Virus record (IMG/VR): IMGVR_UViG_3300026484_000295
Span: 108,405-172,404 of that record
DNA: 64,000 nt
Source of the DNA: a virus
Direction: 5' to 3' (one strand)
The position numbers were made by a program, and so were the translations under genes. Positions 30,651 through 40,485 of the stretch are shown here, piece after piece. Position 1 is the first letter of the stretch; every line of letters starts with the position of its first letter. A model generated the notes under the pieces. That model did not search any database. It was given only the letters and a program-made list of their open reading frames with translations, and was not told where the DNA came from.

Positions 30651-31325
30651 ATGACAAAAGATTTCTTAAAACAATACATTTTATCTATGTTGGGAGCATC
30701 ACAAACAGATGTTGAATTGTCTGATGAAGATTTAGATATGTCTATATATCACGCTATAAATTATTATGGTCATAATTCATCTGAGGCATGGAATGAAGAA
30801 TGGGTTGTCATACCATTAAAAGCAGGCGAAAATTATCATGAAATAGATGATTCGATAGATTTTATTATAAGTATGAATGCTATGGCAGGGCAACAAGGGA
30901 CATCCTTAATTCCAGAAACAGTAGGTAAGTCTTATGAAAATGCTATGTTAGCTATGAATAATCAAGATAATGATTTACAACGGGTAATTAATCCTGTATC
31001 TACAAGGATATTATATAGGGATAATAAAAGATTTATACAAACTGATTTTGCTCCAACATCAGATTTAAATGTTGCTGCGAAAGTTATGAGGTATAAAGAT
31101 TTAGCTCCAATATATTCTGATCCTTGGATACAAAAGTATGCTTTAGCTCAAGCAAAATTTACATTAGGTATTATTCGTAGTAAATATTCAAGTGTATCTG
31201 CTCCTCAAGATATGTCTATGAATGGATCAGATTTAATTTCACAAGCTCAAACAGAAATTGAAAAATTAGAACAAGAGTTATTTGATAAATCGGTTATTAT
31301 GAATGGTGGTATTTATATCGGATAG
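30651..31325 (+). CDS. gp13: Neck protein, gp13-like
   Basis: L..YI...LG....VEL...L...I..A; WI.KYALA.AK..LG..RSKY......NG..L...A..E...L. Confidence 0.9.
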   Translation: MTKDFLKQYILSMLGASQTDVELSDEDLDMSIYHAINYYGHNSSEAWNEEWVVIPLKAGENYHEIDDSIDFIISMNAMAGQQGTSLIPETVGKSYENAMLAMNNQDNDLQRVINPVSTRILYRDNKRFIQTDFAPTSDLNVAAKVMRYKDLAPIYSDPWIQKYALAQAKFTLGIIRSKYSSVSAPQDMSMNGSDLISQAQTEIEKLEQELFDKSVIMNGGIYIG

Positions 31326-31388
31326 TTTATAAATTTATCGAATAATAATGAACAATAAATAAATATATGAAATAATGGAGATAAATTT

Positions 31389-32138
31389 ATGACTAGAACT
31401 GATTTTTTAAATGAAATATTACCTACATCATATACTGTAAAAGGGACATTATCTGAATCAGGACCAAATTCCAGAAAAGTTTATAATAATAAACCTAAAG
31501 ATGTATTGTTTATTAAACGTATTGCGAGAGAAAAAATACATCTTGATGGTGCTCCAATCTTATATTTTCCAATTGACCCAGCCTCAAATGATTCATTGCA
31601 ATCTTTAGATTTTGATAATAGTTTAAAAGATCATACGCATATAACATTAGGAAAACCATTAGAAATGGTAGCAACATGGACACCTCAGGAATATCAAAAT
31701 GATTTATCAAAATGGGGTGTTATGATGCCAGCCGGTTCAGACCACCAATTATATATTCATGTAACAGATTTAGAAGAAATTTTAAAACGAAAACCATTAG
31801 TTGGTGATATAATCGAAACTGTTATGGATCGAACAAAATTTAAAGTAGCTGATGTATTTTATGGACACTCAAATTTATGGGAAAACATATTTTGTATGGT
31901 AACATTAAGTAAAGTTACTTATGATAATTATACCTCACAATTAGATCAATATGATGAATCATATAAAGATACATATACAAAATTGGAAAGTATTTTAGAT
32001 ATTATGGATGGTACGGAACATCATAAATCTAATGCAGAAATACAAAAAGAAAAAACAAAAACTGATAGTCATAATAATAGTAAACCTAGAAAAAAATCTA
32101 TTGATACTGCATTAGATATAATGACTATGACATTATAA
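31389..32138 (+). CDS. gp14: Neck protein, gp14-like
   Basis: RE.I...G....Y.P, LSKWG, P.VGDII and F.V..V; lies between gp13 and gp15. Confidence 0.8.
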   Translation: MTRTDFLNEILPTSYTVKGTLSESGPNSRKVYNNKPKDVLFIKRIAREKIHLDGAPILYFPIDPASNDSLQSLDFDNSLKDHTHITLGKPLEMVATWTPQEYQNDLSKWGVMMPAGSDHQLYIHVTDLEEILKRKPLVGDIIETVMDRTKFKVADVFYGHSNLWENIFCMVTLSKVTYDNYTSQLDQYDESYKDTYTKLESILDIMDGTEHHKSNAEIQKEKTKTDSHNNSKPRKKSIDTALDIMTMTL

Positions 32139-32153
32139 AAGGAATAGTAAATT

Positions 32154-34901
32154 ATGAATCAAAACTTTTATTATGAAGGTCGACAGATAAAAAATTATTT
32201 AATTGGGTTTGCAAGTATATTTTCTGAAATACCTTATAAAAATCGAAATGGTAAATTAGAAAGTGTACCGATTCATTATGGTTCTCCATCAGATATAATA
32301 TCGTATTTAGAAATGAACGTAGATAATGATGAAACCCATAATAGAAATAGATTAAAAGATATATCCGTACCTTTATTTTCATTTCGTATGACATCTATGG
32401 AGCAAAATTTAGAACGTAGAAGAGCTCCTCTTGATACTATTACTGTTGATTTACGACCATTAGGGTATGGAACAGGTTATGTAGCTATGAAACCAGCTCC
32501 CTTTAAATTTACATTTGAATTGTTATTGTGGGCTAGTAGTGATTATCAAGCATTTGAAATAGTTGAACAAATAGTACCTTACTTTAACACTCCTCAACAA
32601 GTAACAATAGAGCCACTTCCTAGATGTCCAGTCTCAACAACAGAAGTTTTTTTAGAAAGTTTAGACATTGATACTGAGCCAGATTCTCAAAAATATTCTG
32701 CGCTAGTAACAATGAATTTTAATTTGAGTGGATGGTTATTATCACAGCCACGCATTTGGTCAACAAATATGCAATTTGAATTATCTATGCTAGATAAAGA
32801 TAATATTACTCAAGGGGTCGATTTAAATGCGACTGATTATTCTGTTGGGCATGAGATAATTGATAATAATAGTAGGAATATTAATAAAGAAACACAAAAT
32901 GAAACTACTATTATATCATTTATAAAGAATTCTAATTTAAAAGAAATGTATTCTGAAACATTAGATATAATTAATATATTGAAAGATGAAGGGTATATTA
33001 GTTATGACGGTCATATTTTAACTGATGAAGATATTTCTATAATATATAAAGGTCAAGAAAAAGTCCTTTCTATTGAATATATAAATTGGTTAATTGATGA
33101 AAATGAAGATCTTGAATATCTCTACAAAAATTTTAATATGCAAGAAAAATTATTAGCACAAGATTTGAAAGCTGATAATTTAATACTTGATACTATAATT
33201 CATGATGATAGTGAGACTATTGAAATTTATTTAAAATTATTAGATAATAATTTGGTAACATTTGGTTTTAACTTAACAGATATACAAATATCTAATGCTG
33301 AAAAATTAAATATATTTGGTACCCCTAGAATTGATATCGATGATGTTTTAAATAGAATGAAAATGTATTATAGTGTACTTACTAATTTCAAAGTAAAAAA
33401 AGAATCTATATTGTTTAATATTGATAGTAAAATTAAACCTACATTTATTAAATTTGAATTACCAAAAGATTTTGAAATTGATGAACGATTAAAAATATAT
33501 AATACTAACTTCATAATTGATAAAATTGAAACTGTAATTAATGAGGATTTAAGTGTCGATATGTATCTGAAATTAGATTCTAACCAAAAATTATATTATT
33601 TAGAAAATGATAATTTGATTGAAATGGAATATGATGAAAAATTTAATTTTAAACCTGTATTAGGTACTATGAATATTTATGCTATAACAATAGATACACA
33701 ATGTTATATATTTGGTGGACTATTATATGATCCAACGGATACTTTATTTGATTCCAATAAATATTTTATTAATGGACAAAAAATTCCATTAGAGTTAAGT
33801 AATGATATTCAAAAAGTGGTTGATATAGAAAAAGTATTAAATTCTTCATTTAAAAATATTGATAAATTTATAATCGCTACATTATTATTTAATAAAATAA
33901 AAGATAATTTATTAGATATTAATGATTTAGATGATTATGATTTATTTAAAATTGCTAATAAAAAATATAATATTACAAAATATGACGTTGTTGAATATGC
34001 GAATATTTTATATTCGTTGAATACAAAGCTAACTAATAACATTGATTTAATTAGTATTCCTTCAAATTTACCAATTTCAACCGATGAATTTAATAATAAG
34101 CAAATTGATATATCACCGGATTTATCTATGGTGTTAGCATTAGATAAAAATAATAAACCTATATATGATGTTAATAATGACGGTTATATAAACAAGACCG
34201 ATTTGGAAATATTAGGGTCTGAAGTTGATGATATAGAATCATATGACTATGAACTAAAATATGGTATTTGGTATAAACGTTTTAATATTAATGATGTATC
34301 AGAAGAAAGAATACTTAAAATATCACAGAATCTTAAAACAATCTATTATTTAACTGAAAAAAATGATATGATAGAATTAAAATTGTATTTAGAATTAAAA
34401 GATCAAGGATTAGTATCGGATCAATATTCTATAATTTCTACGGAAAAAAATTTAAAAAAAATAAAAGCTTTAGGTTATAATTCGGAAGAATTAGAAGATA
34501 AACTTCTTTTTATGAGAATGTTTGTAGAAGCGGTAAAAAATATAATGATTGATGATAGAGATTTTATATTATATCAAGTTCCAGAAATGAATGAAGACAG
34601 TAAGTCTTTGTTATATCGAACTGAAGGATTGGATATTGATAGTATCGTTTTAGGTAAATTCATTGAAAAATATTTTCAATTATTGGATGATTATGATCAA
34701 CGTATAAAAGATGATATTCTATTTAGACAATTATTATCAAAAGATATGGGTGAATTTTATAATGCTGCATACGAATTTAATCTTATGTGGGTGGATATAG
34801 TAAAAACGGATTTTTTTAAAAATAGTTTGCAAGTAAAAACTCCAAGATTGGATGAAATTTTACCATATGTAAAAGAAAAAATAGATGAAATCCTAAAATA
34901 G
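32154..34901 (+). CDS. gp15: Tail terminator gp15-like domain with a ~700-aa C-terminal extension
   Basis: FYY..QI..Y...F..IFS, VPI.YG, P..SF and IVEQI.PYF.. within the first ~200 aa; an EF-hand/dockerin-like DVNNDGYINKTD lies in the extension. Confidence 0.8.
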   Translation: MNQNFYYEGRQIKNYLIGFASIFSEIPYKNRNGKLESVPIHYGSPSDIISYLEMNVDNDETHNRNRLKDISVPLFSFRMTSMEQNLERRRAPLDTITVDLRPLGYGTGYVAMKPAPFKFTFELLLWASSDYQAFEIVEQIVPYFNTPQQVTIEPLPRCPVSTTEVFLESLDIDTEPDSQKYSALVTMNFNLSGWLLSQPRIWSTNMQFELSMLDKDNITQGVDLNATDYSVGHEIIDNNSRNINKETQNETTIISFIKNSNLKEMYSETLDIINILKDEGYISYDGHILTDEDISIIYKGQEKVLSIEYINWLIDENEDLEYLYKNFNMQEKLLAQDLKADNLILDTIIHDDSETIEIYLKLLDNNLVTFGFNLTDIQISNAEKLNIFGTPRIDIDDVLNRMKMYYSVLTNFKVKKESILFNIDSKIKPTFIKFELPKDFEIDERLKIYNTNFIIDKIETVINEDLSVDMYLKLDSNQKLYYLENDNLIEMEYDEKFNFKPVLGTMNIYAITIDTQCYIFGGLLYDPTDTLFDSNKYFINGQKIPLELSNDIQKVVDIEKVLNSSFKNIDKFIIATLLFNKIKDNLLDINDLDDYDLFKIANKKYNITKYDVVEYANILYSLNTKLTNNIDLISIPSNLPISTDEFNNKQIDISPDLSMVLALDKNNKPIYDVNNDGYINKTDLEILGSEVDDIESYDYELKYGIWYKRFNINDVSEERILKISQNLKTIYYLTEKNDMIELKLYLELKDQGLVSDQYSIISTEKNLKKIKALGYNSEELEDKLLFMRMFVEAVKNIMIDDRDFILYQVPEMNEDSKSLLYRTEGLDIDSIVLGKFIEKYFQLLDDYDQRIKDDILFRQLLSKDMGEFYNAAYEFNLMWVDIVKTDFFKNSLQVKTPRLDEILPYVKEKIDEILK

Positions 34902-34930
34902 AAATAAATAAAATAAAAAAGGAGATTAAT

Positions 34931-35128
34931 ATGAGAATTTCAAAATTATTTGAATCTGCACCTAGAAAGAAAGGTAAAACTACTGCTAATGATGTAAGAG
35001 TGTGGTTGGATAAAATAAATAACGGTGAAGCTACTGAAGAAGATATTCAATTATATGATGATTTAAAAAGTATATCACGAAAATTGGGTGGTAAAACAAC
35101 AGTAATAGAAATACTTAAAGCTATTTAA
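34931..35128 (+). CDS. Small late protein, candidate internal head protein
   Basis: AATAAATA box and AGGAG RBS; N-terminus MRISKLFE/S. Confidence 0.6.
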   Translation: MRISKLFESAPRKKGKTTANDVRVWLDKINNGEATEEDIQLYDDLKSISRKLGGKTTVIEILKAI

Positions 35129-35151
35129 TATAGGGTCCACCCTATATTAAA
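35124..35151. terminator. Bidirectional terminator
   Basis: TTTAATATAGGGT-cc-ACCCTATATTAAA between convergent genes. Confidence 0.75.
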
Positions 35152-35157
35152 ACAAAA

Positions 35158-35862
35158 TCAAAATATTTTACCTAATAAAACTCTCGATAAATCTTCAGGT
35201 TTATATAAACTTACATCTTCAAACCAATGTATATTAACACCAGAACCTTTTAAAAATTCTAACGATTTAAAATATGCATCTCTACGTTTATTTAAAATCT
35301 CTATATCTAAAGTATCATTAGAGTCTACCAAACCATTTTTAATATCAGATTCCGTTCTTTCAATTATTAAATCGTTTGGTAAATCAAGGAATATAATATC
35401 TGTCGGCATTTTTATAAATTTATTTGTATTGAGAGCAACTTTTATAAATTCTAAATCAGTTCTACTATTATTATAAAATGCTTGGTATGCTAATGTGGAT
35501 ATAAAATAACGATCAAATAGATAATTTGACTCATTAATTATGTTAGTATTCACAATTTGATAATTATTACTATTATTATCATTAATAAGTTTAGTATTTA
35601 AAAATAATTCATTCATCCAATAGTGACTCATTTCGGATAAAAAATTGGGTGTGTTTACTATCGATGAATCCGGATTTGATGAATTTAATTCATTTCTAAT
35701 TATAGCTCCAATAGGGGTAGATGGATTTGGGAATGAAAATCTATTTAATTTTTTTCCATTTGTTCCTTGTATTTGATTCCATACCATTTCAAACGAATCA
35801 CAAAATGAAGATTTTCCAGTTTTATCAAGACCTTCAACGGCTATAATTTTATTAATTATCAT
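35158..35862 (-). CDS. tmk: Thymidylate kinase-like dNMP kinase
   Basis: IA.EGLD.TGKSS P-loop, FP...TPIG..IR, DRY..ST.AYQ and P...IFLD. Confidence 0.9.
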   Translation of the reverse strand: MIINKIIAVEGLDKTGKSSFCDSFEMVWNQIQGTNGKKLNRFSFPNPSTPIGAIIRNELNSSNPDSSIVNTPNFLSEMSHYWMNELFLNTKLINDNNSNNYQIVNTNIINESNYLFDRYFISTLAYQAFYNNSRTDLEFIKVALNTNKFIKMPTDIIFLDLPNDLIIERTESDIKNGLVDSNDTLDIEILNKRRDAYFKSLEFLKGSGVNIHWFEDVSLYKPEDLSRVLLGKIF

Positions 35863-35955
35863 AATTTAATACCTTTTTATTTTATTTATTTTTTATTTTA
35901 CAATTTTGTTTGAATAAAGAATAAATAAAGATAATTAATAAAACGGAGATTTAAA

Positions 35956-36582
35956 ATGTCTAGACTGATTGATATTCTAAATAAGAATAAAATGATAAAA
36001 TTAAAAGAAGCTGATGAAGAGGCTCCGGCTGAAAATACTGATGAACTGACTTTGGATGATGCTCAAACTGATACTGAAGATCCTGGAGCAGGCGAAGCTC
36101 CAGTTGAGGGTACAGAAGAAGTTCAGGATGATACTGCCGAAGATGAAGATGCTGTGATTGGTGATGAAACAGACAATTCAACTGATGTTCCGCCAGAAGA
36201 AAATAATGATATGGAAACACCCACAGAAGATATTGATAAAGCTATTGAGGAAATGATAGGTATGACGGAAATTCAGCATACATCTAGTTCGACGATAATT
36301 GATTTTGAGGATGGTGGTCAAGTAATGTTTGTTCACCCAATGGTATCATTAAAAAGTGAAACCTTGAATGAAATAATTAAATTGATTATGAAAGACATAA
36401 CAAAGACGTATGCTTCGAATAAAGATGAAATAACAGGGAAGGATTTAAATAAAACTAGGTATTGGAAAAGTTTAAGTACTCTTATTGAAACAATGGTTAG
36501 AAGTCAATTAACAAAAAGTGATAATATGAATGGTTTGATTGATGAAATTAAACAAGTATTTAAAGTTTTAGAAGTAAAATAA
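35956..36582 (+). CDS. Hypothetical acidic late protein, candidate internal head protein
   Basis: AATAAATA near 35920, GGAG RBS, and LKE/A followed by a long acidic tract. Confidence 0.6.
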   Translation: MSRLIDILNKNKMIKLKEADEEAPAENTDELTLDDAQTDTEDPGAGEAPVEGTEEVQDDTAEDEDAVIGDETDNSTDVPPEENNDMETPTEDIDKAIEEMIGMTEIQHTSSSTIIDFEDGGQVMFVHPMVSLKSETLNEIIKLIMKDITKTYASNKDEITGKDLNKTRYWKSLSTLIETMVRSQLTKSDNMNGLIDEIKQVFKVLEVK

Positions 36583-36591
36583 TAGGATATA

Positions 36592-38835
36592 ATGATGGCT
36601 CAACCTTTGATGATTCAATCAATAGTGACTGATAATAGAATAACTGCAAAATTTTCTGATAATGAATTGCCTAAATATGCAAGGCACGGTGAATTATATG
36701 TTGTCAATGGTGTATTATATATTTATGTTGATTTAGATAATACTGGTTCAGATATAGGTCAATGGTTTCCTATGACGTATGAAAAAGAAATTGTTATGTA
36801 TGTTGAAGTTGAAGAAAAGAATATATGGTCATTTCCTATATCATTTTATACTCATAATATACATGTTATTGTATATGATCAAAATGATAGAGTGTACACA
36901 TCCAATTTTAACTATACTATTGAACATGGTATAATGACTTTATCTTTTAATGAATCAATATCAGGGAAAGTCTATATTATTATGGATAAAGGTTTTGATT
37001 GGGTTGATTCGTCATTAATCGTTTCTGATAGAAAATTTGCTATAACTTCAGATGAAAATAATTTTTATTATATTGAAGTAGATACTGAAAATTTATCTAT
37101 TGATAAAAATGGTAAAATTATTATTAAAAACGATTTATCTGTAAATGGTAATTTAGATATTAATGGTGACATAAATATTACTGGTGATTTAAAAATAATG
37201 GGTGAAAATGTTGAAATAGAATCTTCAACATTAACAGTCTCAGATAATGTAATAACGTTAAATAACGGTTTTGTAGGTTCACCGTTTCAAAATACCGGTA
37301 TAGAAATCGATCGTGGAAGTTTGGGTAAATTAAATATTCTAACTTTTAATGAAACGATGGATTATGTTGAAATTCCAGTTATAGATAGTGATGATGTTAT
37401 TAATCAAGAAGAAGTAGCTACCAAGCCATTTGTAAATAATTCAATATCAGATGAAACTAATAGAGCAACAGCTGCTGAATCTACTTTACAAACAAATATA
37501 GATAATGAAGTTACTAGAGCTCAAGCTGCTGAAACTACATTACAAACAAATATAGATAATGAAGTAAACAGAGCAACAACTGCTGAATCTACTTTACAAA
37601 GTAATATTGATAATGAAGTTACTAGAGCTCAAGCTGCTGAAACTACATTACAAACAAATATAGATAATGAAGTAAACAGAGCAACAACTGCTGAAACTAC
37701 ATTACAAACAAATATAGATAATGAAGTAAACAGAGCAATTATAGTAGAAGGTGATATTAATAAATTACAAACTAACTCTAAATTAAATTTGGTTTCTGCT
37801 ATAAATGAAAATGTTGAAAGTATTAATGTTGAAAAAGAACGCATTGATTCAATCTTATCGGCTAGTGATGCTGACAAAGATTCATTTGCAGAGATAGTGT
37901 CATTGATAAATTCGGTTGATATTGAAAATGATGATGTTTTCGCTAATTATGTTTTGGTTAATGATGAACGTAGTGATAATATTGAACAGTCAATATCAGA
38001 TGAAACTAATAGAGCAACAACTGCTGAAACTACATTACAATCAAATATAGATAATGAAACTAATAGAGCTCAATTAGTGGAAGCTGATTTAAATAGTGGG
38101 ATTTCTACATTAACAACAAATATAGAAACAAATTTTCTCAATAAAACAACATCGGCTGAACAGATTATAAATCCTAATTTAAAATTAGATGGTTCAATAC
38201 TAACATGGTCCTTATCAACAGAATGGTTTTATTATTCTCTAAATGAAAATCTGACTACTATCGATATTATTAGTAGTACAAATATAAATGAATATATTTA
38301 TACTATGGATACTATTGAGACTATTAAATTTAATAAAAATGGTCAAATATGGTCGGTATTGTACGGTAATTTAGAAGAATATTTCTTAGGTATTAATAGT
38401 CAATCTAAAGATAGTTTATTACTAAATGGTTTAAATGAAACACAATTTGTACGAACCGATATAGACACTACTATGAATGAAAATTACCATATATTGAAAG
38501 ATTTAACCGTAGATGGTACACTTACAGCAGGAACAATAATTGAAACATCTTCTATTAAATATAAAGAAAATGTAAAATTGATAGAAACACCATTAGAAAT
38601 TGTATCTAAATTAGATGGAGTTCGATATACATGGAAAGATACAAAAAAAGATGATATTGGATTTATTGCTGAAGATGTTAATTTAGTACTTCCCGAATTA
38701 GTTCTAATTGATAATGGTGAAATTGAAGGAATGAATTATTCAAAAATAACTGCTGTTTTAGTTGAAGCTATAAAAGAACAACAAAAACAAATTATAGAAT
38801 TGATGAATGAGGTAAAAAAATTAAAAGGAGAATAA
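36592..38835 (+). CDS. Tail fibre with C-terminal intramolecular chaperone (peptidase S74-like)
   Basis: 18-aa E..RA.AAE.TLQTNIDN coiled-coil repeats; C-terminal SS.KYKEN...L.GVRY.WK....IGFIAE.V....PELV...NY..I.A.LVEAIKEQQ.QI. Confidence 0.88.
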   Translation: MMAQPLMIQSIVTDNRITAKFSDNELPKYARHGELYVVNGVLYIYVDLDNTGSDIGQWFPMTYEKEIVMYVEVEEKNIWSFPISFYTHNIHVIVYDQNDRVYTSNFNYTIEHGIMTLSFNESISGKVYIIMDKGFDWVDSSLIVSDRKFAITSDENNFYYIEVDTENLSIDKNGKIIIKNDLSVNGNLDINGDINITGDLKIMGENVEIESSTLTVSDNVITLNNGFVGSPFQNTGIEIDRGSLGKLNILTFNETMDYVEIPVIDSDDVINQEEVATKPFVNNSISDETNRATAAESTLQTNIDNEVTRAQAAETTLQTNIDNEVNRATTAESTLQSNIDNEVTRAQAAETTLQTNIDNEVNRATTAETTLQTNIDNEVNRAIIVEGDINKLQTNSKLNLVSAINENVESINVEKERIDSILSASDADKDSFAEIVSLINSVDIENDDVFANYVLVNDERSDNIEQSISDETNRATTAETTLQSNIDNETNRAQLVEADLNSGISTLTTNIETNFLNKTTSAEQIINPNLKLDGSILTWSLSTEWFYYSLNENLTTIDIISSTNINEYIYTMDTIETIKFNKNGQIWSVLYGNLEEYFLGINSQSKDSLLLNGLNETQFVRTDIDTTMNENYHILKDLTVDGTLTAGTIIETSSIKYKENVKLIETPLEIVSKLDGVRYTWKDTKKDDIGFIAEDVNLVLPELVLIDNGEIEGMNYSKITAVLVEAIKEQQKQIIELMNEVKKLKGE
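37441..38071 (+). repeat. 54-bp intragenic repeats in the tail fibre gene
   Basis: About 5.5 near-identical tandem units at 37441-37740, plus about 1.5 units at 37990-38071. Confidence 0.9.
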
Positions 38836-39846
38836 ATGTTTTCATTACCTATATACCCTGATCTTGAACCGAAGTATATTAGAGAAGAATTTATCCCTTT
38901 TTTAAAAAAACATAAATCATTAATATATGATTTATATTTTACAGTACGTATTCCACCTTTTGAACAAGATGCTATGGGTAGTATATTTAGTGATGAAGAT
39001 ATACCATCATTAATTTCTAATGCTTTAATTATTCAGAATGAAACAAAAATACCTATTTCAGCTGTATTTAATAATATTTTTATATCTCCATCAGAGAAAA
39101 ATTTAGATATATTTATTAAACATTTTACACCATTATATAATTTGGGTGTTAAATCGATAACAATTCCTTTTACCTCATGGCTTATGTTTGGTAAATTACA
39201 AAAATCTTTTCCTGATTTATATATAAAAAATACAGTTTTGCAAAGTGTATCTGAACCAAGAGAAATTTACAATCTAGCAATAAATGGATTTGATTATATT
39301 AATTTAGATAGAAATTTATTACGTAATCAAAATAAACTTAAAATTATAGATAAAGCCAGAAAAGCTGCAGAATTAAAATTGGGTAAGACTATTAAACTTA
39401 GTATTTTATTTAATGAGAACTGTATAGGTAATTGTCCTATACAGAATGAACATTATTTATACAATGTACATAATGATATTAAAACCCAACCAAATATTTT
39501 TTTTAAATCGTCAATGGGTAAAATTAGTTGTCTTGAATGGGAAAAGAAATCTCCAGAGTTACTATTAAAAAAAGCATCAGTCATAAATGATGAGAAATTT
39601 ATGAACGGTTTAGAAATGATTGATGCATTTAAACTTCATGGTCGTGAATCTAAAAATGTTTTTTTAAATAGCTTAAATATAATTAAATCTACGTATGACA
39701 AAACCGAAATAATAGATGAGTTATATTATACTCGTATTAAATATAATATAAAAGATATTGAATATCATACATGGATAGAAAAAGTAAAAAATTGTAATTT
39801 TGATTGTTGGGATTGTACTTATTGTGATGATTTATTTAAAAAATGA
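38836..39846 (+). CDS. U32-peptidase-family-like (putative Fe-S) protein
   Basis: GFDYINLDR.L.R, L.NE.C...CP...H, SC, and D.FKLHGRE (U32 K.EGR-like); C-terminal CxxxCxxCxxC. Confidence 0.7.
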   Translation: MFSLPIYPDLEPKYIREEFIPFLKKHKSLIYDLYFTVRIPPFEQDAMGSIFSDEDIPSLISNALIIQNETKIPISAVFNNIFISPSEKNLDIFIKHFTPLYNLGVKSITIPFTSWLMFGKLQKSFPDLYIKNTVLQSVSEPREIYNLAINGFDYINLDRNLLRNQNKLKIIDKARKAAELKLGKTIKLSILFNENCIGNCPIQNEHYLYNVHNDIKTQPNIFFKSSMGKISCLEWEKKSPELLLKKASVINDEKFMNGLEMIDAFKLHGRESKNVFLNSLNIIKSTYDKTEIIDELYYTRIKYNIKDIEYHTWIEKVKNCNFDCWDCTYCDDLFKK

Positions 39847-39847
39847 T

Positions 39848-40474
39848 ATGAATGCAGAATTAATCCATACTATCAGTAATAGAAATATACTTCCTAATAA
39901 TATATATCGAATAGAAGGACTAACTAGTTTTAAAACTCAAAATATATTGGCTGAATTAGCAAGAAATAAGGATGTATTAGAAATAGGTAGCTTATATGGT
40001 GCAACTACTCTAGCATTATCATATTATGCAAAAGAAGTTACGACCATAGATAATTGGTCTGATATTGAAATTTTACCAATAAAAAATAATATTAAAATAA
40101 AAAAAACTGTAATAAATAAGACATATGATATATTTAAAAATAATATAAAATCTATTGATAATATCAAATTAATTGTTGGTGATATTTTTTCAAAAAAAAT
40201 TTGGTCTAAATTAAGATTAAGAAAATTTGAGTTGATATTTTATGATGGTCCTCATAATGTTAAAGATATTATACAGTTTATAAATTTATATTCATTTTTA
40301 TTTAAGAAAGATACTATATTGATTTTTGATGATTATAATTTTGATGCTGTTCAAAAGGGAATAAAATATGGATTTGAAACTATAAATATAGAAATAGAGA
40401 AATCGATTAAAATAGAAACTGAAGGTGAAAGTAAATATGAAATATGGAATGGTATTGCGGTTTTTCAATTTTAA
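39848..40474 (+). CDS. Class I SAM-dependent methyltransferase (Methyltransf_24-like)
   Basis: VLEIGS..G.TT, IDNW, LIFYDG.H and LIFDDY. Start at 39848 preferred over the track's 39800. Confidence 0.85.
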   Translation: MNAELIHTISNRNILPNNIYRIEGLTSFKTQNILAELARNKDVLEIGSLYGATTLALSYYAKEVTTIDNWSDIEILPIKNNIKIKKTVINKTYDIFKNNIKSIDNIKLIVGDIFSKKIWSKLRLRKFELIFYDGPHNVKDIIQFINLYSFLFKKDTILIFDDYNFDAVQKGIKYGFETINIEIEKSIKIETEGESKYEIWNGIAVFQF

Positions 40475-40485
40475 AAGGGATATAA

